Origin: an uncultured delta proteobacterium
Lineage (GTDB): Bacteria; Desulfobacterota; Binatia; Binatales; Binataceae
Direction of reading: 5' to 3'
DNA length: 64,000 nt
Assembly: GCA_963765675.1 (NCBI GenBank)
Contig: CAVXXK010000015.1
Location: forward strand, 1 to 64,000
This document shows, piece by piece, positions 20,187 to 29,312 of this stretch. The notes below the pieces were generated by a model, which ran no database searches, was not told where the DNA came from, and was given only the letters and a program-made list of their open reading frames with translations. The first letter of the stretch is position 1, and each line of letters starts with the position of its first letter. The position numbers and the translations under genes were made by a program.

Positions 20187-21005
20187 TTATGTAGTGGCCG
20201 CGGGCGGCGGTTCCATGAACGCGACCGCTACGCCGTCGAGTGGATCGACGATCCGCGCGATCCTGCCGCCCTGAACCGCGGTCTTCGGCTCCGTCGCCTG
20301 CATCCCGGCCGCGCGCGCGAGCGCAACCGCGCGCCCGATATCGGCGCACATGAACGCGAGCCCCCAGCATCCCGGCGCGCCGCGCGCAGGACCGACCACT
20401 TCGAGCACCGTCTGTTCGAGCTTGAAGAATGCCTGGCGCGCGCCGTTGCCAACCTCGCGAATCCGCTTGCACGGCACCCCGAGCGCTTCCAGCGCGGCGA
20501 TCGCGTCGTCGAGCACCGGCGTCATCACGACGATATGTTCGAGATACCCGACGGTGTTCACGTTCCCGCCGAAGCGTGCGAGGTTCTGGCGCCGCGCCTC
20601 GATACTCGCGGAGACTTCAATCGCCGCGGTGAACACCCCGGGCAACTGCGCGTGCGGCTCCTCCGGAAGCGTCCGCGCCTGCGCGATCGCGCCGTCGTAG
20701 GCGGGAAGCGCAATCGCCGAGCCGGATTGATCTTGTGATGCGACCCCCCAAATCCATCCGAGCGTCGCGCCGCCCCGGGCCGCCGCGTTTCTGATCGCCT
20801 CGGCCAGCGGTCCCGACGCGGATGCGTCAGCCGCGCAGAGATCAATTTCGACGCCGCCCGCCGCCATCCGCGCGAACGTTATTCCGCCGGCGCGCTCCTC
20901 GTTCGGCGCGAGCGCGAACCCCGCGCGGCTCCATCGCTCGCGCGCCGCCGCAAGGTCCGGAGTGCCAACCAGGACTCGTTCAACGCAGATGATCCTCAAT
21001 GCCAT
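20187..21005 (-). CDS. VOC/glyoxalase family protein (two domains)
   Basis: ERVLVGTPDLAAA and LEHIVVMTPVLDDAIA repeats; QAFF..LEVV. Confidence 0.8.
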   Translation of the reverse strand: MALRIICVERVLVGTPDLAAARERWSRAGFALAPNEERAGGITFARMAAGGVEIDLCAADASASGPLAEAIRNAAARGGATLGWIWGVASQDQSGSAIALPAYDGAIAQARTLPEEPHAQLPGVFTAAIEVSASIEARRQNLARFGGNVNTVGYLEHIVVMTPVLDDAIAALEALGVPCKRIREVGNGARQAFFKLEQTVLEVVGPARGAPGCWGLAFMCADIGRAVALARAAGMQATEPKTAVQGGRIARIVDPLDGVAVAFMEPPPAATT

Positions 21006-21190
21006 CCTCCATCGCGAAGCTTATTGATCGCGCCCGCGTCCGAAAAGCGCCCGCAGGGTTGCGAGAGTACGCGCCAGAGGCGATCATCAGGGACCGAGCA
21101 GGGCGCCAAACCACTCGCTAAACTATTTGTTACTATGCTAAAACGTTATGTAAGATTACCGCGCGCGACAGGGAAGGGCAGGAGATAGCG

Positions 21191-22471
21191 ATGCGAGTTC
21201 CGTGGCAAACCGCAAAGGACGAGGCTTTCGTGGCGCTGCGCGACCTGATCAGGCTCGACACGACCAATCCGCCGGGCAACGAAAGAATCGCCGCCGACTA
21301 TATCGCGGAGGCGCTCAAGCGGCACGGCCTCGACTCGACGATCAAGGAAAGTGCGCCGACCCGCGCGAACCTGGTAGCGCGCATCAAGGGCGACAATCCC
21401 ACCAACGCGCCGATTCTGCTCTCCTCGCACACCGACGTGGTGCCGGTCGAGCCGTCTGGATGGAGCCGGCCGGCGTTCGCCGCGGAGATCGCCGACGGAT
21501 GTATCTGGGGGCGCGGCACGCTGGATATGAAATCGAAGTGTGCGATGGATCTGATCGTGATGACGGCGCTGAAGCGCGCGGGTGCGACTCCGAATCGTGA
21601 CGTGATTCTGGCCGCCGTCGCAGATGAGGAAGCCGGCTCCGATCACGGCGCGAGGTTCCTGGTCGAGCGCCATCCCGAGTTGGTTCGCGCCGGATGGGTG
21701 CTGAACGAGGTCGGCGGGTTCACGATCTATATGGGCGACAAACGCTTCTACGCGATTCAGATCGCGGAAAAAGGATTCGTCACGATCAAGATGACCGTCA
21801 ACGGATCGCCGGGCCACGGCTCGATGCCGCGGCGCGACACGGCGATCGGCAAGATGGCGGCGCTGCTGACCAAGCTCACCAACACTCCGATGAGCCTGCG
21901 GGTCACGCCATTCATGAAGAAGATGCTAGGCGAGTTGGGCGTGCCGCTGGATAATCCCGGTCCGCTGTTCCGTCCGATGATGGGCAACACGGTCACGCCG
22001 ACGATCCTTCGTGCCGGCTACAAGGACAACGTGATTCCGGGAGAGGCGTCCGTGGTGCTCGACGGCCGCACCGTCCCGGGCGAGGATCCCGAGAGCTTCG
22101 TCGCCGAGCTGCGCAGTATCGTCGGTCCGGAGCCGAAGTTCGAGCTGATCAAGACCGCGCCTCCGGCCGAGACCAGTCCCGACACTGAGCTGTTCGAGTT
22201 GATTCGCGAACGGGTGGAGTCCAACGATCCTGGAGCGCATGCGATCCCCTGGATGATTCCGGGTGCGACCGACAACAAGTTCTACTGCAAGCTCGGCGCG
22301 CAATGTTACGGCTTCGTGCCGGTGAAGCTCGATCCGCATCTGCCCTTTGGATCGCTCTTTCACGGCAACGATGAGCGCCTGCCGATCGAGGGCTTCTATT
22401 GGGGGCTCAAAGTGTACGCCGAGGTGGTGCTCAAATTTATCGGCGTCAACTTCGACGCCGTCTTCGCCTGA
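21191..22471 (+). CDS. M20/M25/M40 family metallo-hydrolase
   Basis: SHTDVVP, GRGTLDMK, ADEEAG, GHGS, NVIP, HGNDER. Confidence 0.93.
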   Translation: MRVPWQTAKDEAFVALRDLIRLDTTNPPGNERIAADYIAEALKRHGLDSTIKESAPTRANLVARIKGDNPTNAPILLSSHTDVVPVEPSGWSRPAFAAEIADGCIWGRGTLDMKSKCAMDLIVMTALKRAGATPNRDVILAAVADEEAGSDHGARFLVERHPELVRAGWVLNEVGGFTIYMGDKRFYAIQIAEKGFVTIKMTVNGSPGHGSMPRRDTAIGKMAALLTKLTNTPMSLRVTPFMKKMLGELGVPLDNPGPLFRPMMGNTVTPTILRAGYKDNVIPGEASVVLDGRTVPGEDPESFVAELRSIVGPEPKFELIKTAPPAETSPDTELFELIRERVESNDPGAHAIPWMIPGATDNKFYCKLGAQCYGFVPVKLDPHLPFGSLFHGNDERLPIEGFYWGLKVYAEVVLKFIGVNFDAVFA

Positions 22472-22589
22472 TCGAGTTTTGCGCGACGCCGATCAGAGAC
22501 CGTCGATAATTACCACCCGTGATCTGTAATGACCGGCGAGGTGCTACTGGCACGCCGCCGGCCTCCCTTGGGAAACATGATCGAGTCTT

Positions 22590-24110
22590 AGGTGGCACAG
22601 GCTTTAGCCTGTGTTCCCCCACCCCGGAGCAGAATCAATTCGTAGGGGGCGCGTCGCGATGCGTCCGTCTTTGCACGCCTTTGCTGAATACCCTCTCCCT
22701 CCGGGAGGTGCCACTGGCACGCGGGCGGCGCGGCGGTGGAATACCCTCTTCCTCCGGGGAGCTTTGCACTAACTGCTCGGAGTGCGTGCCAATGCGTGAG
22801 GGCGAGATTCCTCGCGATTCCTTCCGTTCCAGGTGATGCGCACGTCCCGTCTGCATTGCCGATGCGCGCTCGGAATGACAATTCTCCGGCCTTTGTGTCA
22901 TTCCGAGCGCGATCAGACACCCTGTATGGTTTCCTATGCGTCATGTTGTGCGGCAGAGGTCGCGAGGAATCTCGCCCTTGCGCACCGGCGCACCCGTCCG
23001 ATTGGCTATGCAAAGCTCTCCCCCGGGAGCGGCGCGGCGGTGGAATACCCTCTCCCTCCGGGGAGCTTTGCCTAACTGCTCGGGTGCGTGCCACGCGTGA
23101 GGGCGAGATTCCTCGCGATTCCTTCCGTTCCAGGTGATGCACACGTCCCGTCTGCATTGCCGATGCGCGCTCGGAATGACAATTCTCCGGCCTTTGTGTC
23201 ATTCCGAGCGCGATCAGACACCTTGTATCGATTCATATGCTTCATGTTACGCGGCAGAGGTCGCGAGGAATCTCGCCCTTGCGCACCGGCGCACCCTTCC
23301 GATTGGTTATGCAAAGCTCTCCTCCGGGAGGTGCCACTGGCACGCAGGCGGCGCGGCGGTGGAATACCCTCTCCCTCCGGGAGAGGGCGGCGCGGCGCGA
23401 TGCTTGCGCTCTTTTCGCAAGCATCGTGACGCGTGGGTGAGGGCGGCCTTGTGCAGAGCTCTCTTATAATCGCGCGTTGCTTCAGATCGCGCTGAGTTCG
23501 GAACCCTATCAAGAAAATAACTGCATCTCTTGCGTTATGGGGAAATGGACCCAGCTGCGAGTCGGCCAAAAGAAGAACGACCCAACCCCCGACCCCTTCC
23601 CGCACGGGAAGGGGAGTCAGAAACCGAACCTCGAGGAGAACGCTGGCGCCCGGATCGCTGCTCGAGTGGCAGCGGGAATGTGCCAGATCACTCCAACCCC
23701 TTGCGACCAGTGTCCCCCTTCCCGTGCGGGAAGGGGTCAGGGGTTAGGTCGATTGTCTGAGAATCAGCTCCGCCCAAACGGCATCCGACTTTCATCCATC
23801 AAGGTGCGCGCAGCCCATCCCAACTCGCCTGATTGTGTGCCAGTGGCACGTCCATGCCGAGCGAGGAATCAGACGGCGGCAACTTGCTGCTCTGCGACTT
23901 ATCCGCATACCTACAGATGACGCTGCGCGTGGCCGACGGGCCGTCGGCGGCCACTGGCGCCCGCCGACCGTCGTCGCGCAGCGAGCTGCTCCTACGAAGA
24001 CAGGTGCGTTCGAACTCTCCGGGGTCACCGCGACTTGATTGCCGAAGGAGCGCTCCCCTGAAGATTCGCATTGGATTCGTAGGGGCGCGTCGCGACGCGT
24101 CCCTCTTCGC
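22590..24110. repeat. Mosaic cluster of several REP-like palindrome families between convergent genes
   Basis: GTGG type at 22590-22613; GTAG type at 22642-22667 and 24079-24104; inverted pair 23581-23614/23714-23748; GCCGACGGGCCGTCGGC type at 23929-23959; plus the long units listed separately. Confidence 0.85.
22725..23381. repeat. Two tandem ~301-bp units, each a ~270-bp imperfect inverted repeat (REPIN/MITE-like)
   Basis: 22801 aligns with 23102. Arms carry AGATTCCTCGCG..GCTCGGAATGACA and TGTCATTCCGAGCG..CGCGAGGAATCT. Linker CGGCGCGGCGGTGGAATACCCTCTYCCTCCGGG occurs three times. Confidence 0.9.
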
Positions 24111-24214
24111 GCGCCGACGATCCGCACAAGACGTTGCTTGCGCGTCTCATCACCTCGACTTTCATGGCAGGATGACACCATCGAGGCGTTTGCGAGAAAG
24201 TCAGTACCCGCCGA

Positions 24215-25597
24215 TCACTCCGAAGAGCTGACTGACTGCGACAGCGGCGTGAACGTCACCAGCAGGCGCGGCGGACTGTCGAGTGGAACCACTTCGACGT
24301 CGCTCAGCGGCGAGGTGTTGAGCGTGACGGTCGTGCCCTGTGAATTGCTGCTCACGTCGCAATCCTTGAAGATCGAGCGGTCGAAGACCAGGTGATGATT
24401 CAAGCTCGCGTCGGGGGTGACATCCTTGAGAACCAAGACCGCCGACGAAAAACCCGCGCCGCTTTCAAGCCGCTTCTTGAACGTCACCGGACCGGTCAGG
24501 TCGAAAATTACCGCCATCGGCGGATCGGATGACGAAAGCCGAATCGTTTTCAGCGTCGCAGGTCCGGTGGCATCGGCGGCCGCCGTCTTCTGCGCAGGCG
24601 CGTCGAGGATCGGCAGCCCGTCAGGTCCGTATTTGGTGGCGGTCAGCGCCTGCTGCTGAGCCGCGCTCTTCTGCGCCTGAATCGGAGCCTGTCCCGGCGG
24701 AGTTCCGGGGATCGGTGTTCCGGGCTCGCCAGGCGACAGGCTGCTATCCATGTCGTCGGCATCGCGCTGGCGCACGACCACGCGATTATCGGCGACCTGC
24801 TCGGAGCCATAACCGGTCTCTGCCAGCACCAGTGGAAGCGGATCTTCCTCGGTGTCGATCGGTTGGTTGAGTTTTTTGAGCGAGGCTTTGGCCGGCGCGG
24901 TGTAGGGAGTGTCAGGGTAATGGCGCAGCAGCGCGGTGTAGGCCTGCGCGGCTGAATATTTCTTGCCTTCCTTTTCAAGCGATTGCGCCAGCTCGTACAG
25001 CGCGTCGGGTGCAACCGGCGTGTCCGGGTATTTCTGCATCAGCTCGGCCAGACGCGACTCGGCGGCGCGAAAGTTGGCGCGCTTGAAATAATAGGTGCCG
25101 ACGATCATCTGATGCCGCGCCAGCATCTCGCGGCATTCCTCGGCGCGTTCCTTCGCCAACTCGGCGAACGAGCCCTCGGGGAAGCGCGCCTCGATAATCT
25201 GGAAATGCTTGAGCGCCTCTTCGGTCTTGCTCTGGTCCTGGTCCTCGCGACCCATCTGATCGTAGTAGCTCATCGCGATGTAATAGCTGACCAGCTCGAG
25301 GTTCTTGCTGGTCGGATGCATCCGCTGGAAGTCGTCCAGCGACGCGACCGCCTCCGCATAGTCCTGCTGCTTGTAATACGCGAGACCGATCTTAAGCTCG
25401 GCGTCTTCGGCGTAGGGGCTGAACGGGAAGTGATCGATCAGGAGCTGATAGTTCTCGATCGCGGGCTTGTACTCGCCATCGGCGAAATTGAGCTGGCCCT
25501 GCTGATAATAGTCCTCACCGGTAGGCGGCTTTTTGAGCGAGCATCCGGCGGCGGCGGCCATAAAAACGGCCAGAGCTATGGCCAGCAGGCGCCTCAT
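24215..25597 (-). CDS. bamD: Outer membrane assembly lipoprotein BamD with a long linker and C-terminal AMIN-like domain
   Basis: Lipobox AAAGC; HFPFSPYAEDAEL, F.RMHP, DQDQSKT, LARHQMIVGTYYFKR, AAESR. Confidence 0.9.
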   Translation of the reverse strand: MRRLLAIALAVFMAAAAGCSLKKPPTGEDYYQQGQLNFADGEYKPAIENYQLLIDHFPFSPYAEDAELKIGLAYYKQQDYAEAVASLDDFQRMHPTSKNLELVSYYIAMSYYDQMGREDQDQSKTEEALKHFQIIEARFPEGSFAELAKERAEECREMLARHQMIVGTYYFKRANFRAAESRLAELMQKYPDTPVAPDALYELAQSLEKEGKKYSAAQAYTALLRHYPDTPYTAPAKASLKKLNQPIDTEEDPLPLVLAETGYGSEQVADNRVVVRQRDADDMDSSLSPGEPGTPIPGTPPGQAPIQAQKSAAQQQALTATKYGPDGLPILDAPAQKTAAADATGPATLKTIRLSSSDPPMAVIFDLTGPVTFKKRLESGAGFSSAVLVLKDVTPDASLNHHLVFDRSIFKDCDVSSNSQGTTVTLNTSPLSDVEVVPLDSPPRLLVTFTPLSQSVSSSE

Positions 25598-25746
25598 AAT
25601 CTTCGGAACTGTGAGCACACTAAAGAAGGCTCGGCGGCAATGCAAATCGAGGGTCTGAGCGCCGCTCCAGGCGCCCCGAACGAAAAAACCTCGCGACCCA
25701 CAGTACAGGTTTCGTCAATTCCTTACAAAGGGACTCCCGACTGCGA

Positions 25747-26021
25747 TTTGCACAACCGATCGGGAGTCGATGCCCGCGCGTGACGGCGAGATTCCTCGCG
25801 GTTCGCCTCCATACCGGGGTACGCGCACATGCCATCTGCATTGCTGATGCGTGCTCGGAATGACAATCTCTCCTGGCTTTGTCTCATTCCGACCTGGCTT
25901 TGTGTCATTCCGAGCGCGATCAGACGACCTGTATCGCTTCGTATGCTTCATGCTGCATGGCAGATGTCGCGAGGAATCTCGCCGTTACGCACCAGCGCAC
26001 TCGTCCGATTGGTCTCGCAAA
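25747..26021. repeat. Third, more diverged copy of the long-hairpin unit
   Basis: GGCGAGATTCCTCGCG..GCTCGGAATGACA..TGTCATTCCGAGCGCGATCAGAC..TCGCGAGGAATCTCGCC, same orientation as the other two. Confidence 0.9.
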
Positions 26022-26092
26022 GCTCCTCGTGCAGCAGCCACGCGCGGGAATGACCGCTTCGCTGCGGCGAACGAGCCAAAGGCGATCACGGC

Positions 26093-26749
26093 TCATCCAT
26101 CGCCTGCCTCAGGCCGAGGCGGGCGCAGGGTCGCGTCGAAGACCGGCTTGCCGAGCGCGATAAACTTGCGTGCGAACGCGGTCGCTTCGGCGCCGGGCGC
26201 ACGCTCGTCAATGCGCGAAAAACCCGCCGCCGCGAGCATCGGAAAAATCTCCGCCGCGTACTCGGCGACGTCGGTCGCGACACACAAGATCCCGTCGGCC
26301 GCGAGCGTGCGCGCGAGACCGGCTGCGAGATGCGATGTGAACAGGCGATGCTTATGATGCCGCTCCTTGGGCCATGGATCGGGAAAGTAGATGTGGTAGG
26401 CGCTGACGCTTTGCGGCGGGAGCATCAGTCCCACCAGCGGGCGCGCGTCCATCCGCGCGACCCGGAGATTGGCCAGGCCCGCGCCGCCGCATCGCACAGC
26501 CAGCATCCTCGAGACCACTCCGGAGAGCTCGACCGCGATAAAATTGCGCTCGGGAAACTCGGCAGCGCGTGCGACGATAAAATCGCCGCGGCCGGCGCCG
26601 AGCTCGATCTCGAGCGGCGCGGACCTCTCGAAAATCGCCGACGGTTCGATCGTGAAGAGACCGTCGCGAGCTTCGATCATCACGCGCTCCGCGCAGGCGC
26701 GCGCTTCGGGCTTGCGCCAGATTCGTCCCGCTTTTCTAAGCCGCGCCAT
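26093..26749 (-). CDS. trmB: tRNA (guanine-N7)-methyltransferase
   Basis: EIELGAGRGDF, YFPDPWPKERHHKHRL, ATD..YA. Confidence 0.9.
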   Translation of the reverse strand: MARLRKAGRIWRKPEARACAERVMIEARDGLFTIEPSAIFERSAPLEIELGAGRGDFIVARAAEFPERNFIAVELSGVVSRMLAVRCGGAGLANLRVARMDARPLVGLMLPPQSVSAYHIYFPDPWPKERHHKHRLFTSHLAAGLARTLAADGILCVATDVAEYAAEIFPMLAAAGFSRIDERAPGAEATAFARKFIALGKPVFDATLRPPRPEAGDG

Positions 26750-26839
26750 GATCGGCCCCACGATGCCGAAGCGCGCGCGTCGGAGCAAGCAGCCCGCCAT
26801 CTCGCGGAGTGCGCTGCAAGCACACCCCGACGACCGCTT

Positions 26840-26999
26840 CGCGTGGGCCGACGAGCCGTCGGCCACCACTGAGAGAAGAGAGTTCTTGCCGGCGATCAGC
26901 CGATTCGCTGAACCCACCCAGCGCGATTGGCCTTTCTCTCGTTCTCCGACCCTGCGTGTTTGTTTGCCAGTGGCAGCCGACGGCTCGTCGGCCCACGCG
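26840..26999. repeat. Inverted pair of REP-like palindromes
   Basis: CGCGTGGGCCGACGAGCCGTCGGC..CACTG at ~26840 and its reverse complement at ~26966; same family as 23929 and 37780. Confidence 0.8.
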
Positions 27000-27057
27000 A
27001 AGCGTCGTCCGGAGCGCTTGGTTCATAGCCGGACATTTTGTCATCGAGATAGACAAC

Positions 27058-27086
27058 TTGTCATCAAAGTGCCGATATGCTAAAGT
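27058..27086 (+). promoter_or_regulatory. Sigma70-like promoter with extended -10 and no clear downstream gene
   Basis: TTGTCA, 17 bp ending in TGC, TAAAGT. Confidence 0.55.
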
Positions 27087-27389
27087 AGTCGCGTCGAAGT
27101 GACTCGCAGGCACTCCAGGACGCAGCCTGCGAACCTTCCGCCTGTGCCCGGGACCTCAAGAAAGCGCGTCGGATGGTGAGAAAATCGATGTACCAAAAAA
27201 GCGTCGAAAACGAAGCCAATCGACGAAATCGCCAGCATTTTCAAGGAGTTTATTTTTTAGGCCGCTAGAAAAAATACCAAACGAACCCACCGCCAAACGC
27301 CCGAAATCAAAAATCCGACGGATTACTTTGCCCAGATTGGGGTAGCACTGACACGATTATCTTCTCTCACTCCGAAGGACCGCCTCTGA

Positions 27390-27413
27390 AGGTGGCACCG
27401 GCTTTAGCCGGTG
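27390..27413. repeat. GTGG-type REP palindrome
   Basis: AGGTGGCACCGGCTTTAGCCGGTG versus AGGTGGCACAGGCTTTAGCCTGTG at 22590; the two differences are one compensatory pair. Confidence 0.8.
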
Positions 27414-27490
27414 ATTCTTTCGCGCATGCGCCACAGATCTGGTCTGCGAAAAATCAAAGAGCCATCGACGACGAGCGGTGCCGTCCGCGA

Positions 27491-28945
27491 TCAGTCGGGT
27501 CGTGCGAGGAATGCTTTTATGCGATCGACCAGCGGCTGCAAGTCGGTGTTGTCGACCAGCGCGCTGGCCATCCGGATCGGGTCGCCGAAGAAGAAGCGCT
27601 CATAAAGTACCTGCCGGCCCGCGAAGGCGCTCGAGGCGACATCGGCCGCCAGTCGGTAGAGCGCTACGCGTTCGCGCGCGTCGGCGTCGGCCGCTTTGAA
27701 GTAGCGCTCGATATCGCCGAACTCGGCGGGGTTGGCGAAGTCGGCGTCCTGCGGCGTCGCCATCAGCGAGGACGAGCTGCTGAGCTGAATTATTTCGACC
27801 ATCCTCGGATACAGCCGCGGAAACAGGTTGCGCGCGGTATCGAGCGGCGCGCGCGCCGGGACGCATACGCCCCACTTGTCGACGGCGGCGTCGGCCTCGG
27901 CGGCGCGCAGGCACGAGCGCATCGTTTCGGTGGTCGTGATCATCTCCGCCAGCCGCTCGCGCATATGCTGCAGCGGCATCGCGTCGCTCGCCTGCGCGAT
28001 TCGCGCGGCCAGTCCCAGGACGAATTCGCTCTTGGCGACGTTCTTCACCGCAACCTGATGCATCATGTGCACCACCGCGTTGGTTGCGCCGTAGAGCGCG
28101 TTGCAGCGCGCGACGTCGCCGCACAGAAACACGCGCTCCCACGGCACCAGCACGTTGTCGAAGATCACGACGCAGTCCATCTCCTCGAAACGGCTCGCGA
28201 GCGGCGCGTCGAATTTCGAGCGCGCGAGGTCGTAGCTGTCGCGGCAGATGAAGCGCAGGCCGCTCGCGTTGCAGTTGATCGCAAACGAGAGCGCGTACGG
28301 CTCGGCCGCGGCGTCGGCCCTGAGGACGGTGGAAGGAAACACCAGCAGCTCTTCGGACATCGGAGCCAGCGTCGCGAGCATCCGGCATCCGCTGACGATG
28401 ATCCCGCCTCGAGTCTTCTCGACCAGCCGCAGCGCCAATTCGGCGTCGGTATTCCCGGCCCATCCCTTGGCGCGGCTGGCGCGCGGATTCACCAGCGTAT
28501 GCGTCGCGCACCAATCGTGATCGCGCGCCTGCCGGTAGTAGCTCTGGATATTGTCGCCGAAGCGCGGATCGCTTTCGGCAAAGAACTCGTGCGCGGCGGC
28601 CATCGCGGCGATACTGACGTTCAAGTAATCGGGCGTGCGGCCCATGAAGCCGCCGCTGAAATTGGCCCATGCCGCCATCATCCGCGAGCGCTTGCGCAGC
28701 TCTTCGGGCGTCTTCGGCTGCTGAAACGACAGGCCCGCGCGGCCGCCGTCGTCGGTGCGATAAGTCATCGCCTCGGGATGCTCGCTCTGCATGTCGTAGA
28801 GCGAGGCGAGCGAGTGCGCGCAATTGCGAAACGCGCGATGCGTCGTCACGTCGGCGACGCGCTCACCGCCAAGAAAAATTTCCGCCCCAAGTTTCTTGAG
28901 CGACGAAAGATAATTATTCCCCGACCGCGCACCCATCAGCGGCAT
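27491..28945 (-). CDS. hpaB: 4-hydroxyphenylacetate 3-monooxygenase, oxygenase component
   Basis: GFMGRTPDYLN, HTLVNP, SRFEEMD, DNVLVPWERVF, GRQVLYERFFFGDP. Confidence 0.92.
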   Translation of the reverse strand: MPLMGARSGNNYLSSLKKLGAEIFLGGERVADVTTHRAFRNCAHSLASLYDMQSEHPEAMTYRTDDGGRAGLSFQQPKTPEELRKRSRMMAAWANFSGGFMGRTPDYLNVSIAAMAAAHEFFAESDPRFGDNIQSYYRQARDHDWCATHTLVNPRASRAKGWAGNTDAELALRLVEKTRGGIIVSGCRMLATLAPMSEELLVFPSTVLRADAAAEPYALSFAINCNASGLRFICRDSYDLARSKFDAPLASRFEEMDCVVIFDNVLVPWERVFLCGDVARCNALYGATNAVVHMMHQVAVKNVAKSEFVLGLAARIAQASDAMPLQHMRERLAEMITTTETMRSCLRAAEADAAVDKWGVCVPARAPLDTARNLFPRLYPRMVEIIQLSSSSSLMATPQDADFANPAEFGDIERYFKAADADARERVALYRLAADVASSAFAGRQVLYERFFFGDPIRMASALVDNTDLQPLVDRIKAFLARPD

Positions 28946-29002
28946 CCTTCACTTTGTATAACAATCATCTTGGAACCTCCGCGCAGACGCCGTTTGTGAT
29001 CG

Positions 29003-29305
29003 CTAGAAAACATGGATTTCGTCTCGGAGAACATTGGGAGCTACGTGAGCCTTGAGCTTATTGCGCTGCGCGACGTGAACTCGCTGTGGAATCAGCTTCT
29101 GGATTTCAGCGACTATGCCCGCATAATCGAACAAGTCCATTCGCCGTTCCGTGTCGAGGTCGACAAGCAGATCGACGTCGCTGTCGGGGCGCTCGGTGCC
29201 GCGCGCGGTTGAACCGAAGAGCGACAGGTGCTCGACGCCGAGTTTTTGAAGCCTCGGCGCCGCCTCGCGGAGAATGTGAATGACGGTATCGTTCATGTCT
29301 TGCAC
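29003..29305 (-). CDS. Minimal nucleotidyltransferase (MNT) antitoxin
   Basis: LSLFGSTARG..SDVDLLVD in a ~100-aa protein. Confidence 0.9.
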   Translation of the reverse strand: MQDMNDTVIHILREAAPRLQKLGVEHLSLFGSTARGTERPDSDVDLLVDLDTERRMDLFDYAGIVAEIQKLIPQRVHVAQRNKLKAHVAPNVLRDEIHVF

Positions 29306-29312
29306 CGCGTCG

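Noticed and set aside
22725-23381. CRISPR-like array (constant motifs with intervening sequence)
   Set aside because: The intervening segments are homologous between copies, the motifs alternate in orientation, the period is ~301 bp and no cas genes are present.
22519-24395. Many ORFs in the repeat region, including repeated CHSERA and SFRARS peptides
   Set aside because: They are translations of palindromic repeats with no RBS or domain motifs.
27392-28999. Long antisense ORFs (535 aa here; also 13606-14919, 30109-31278, 41250-42440)
   Set aside because: They are shadows of well-supported GC-rich genes on the opposite strand.
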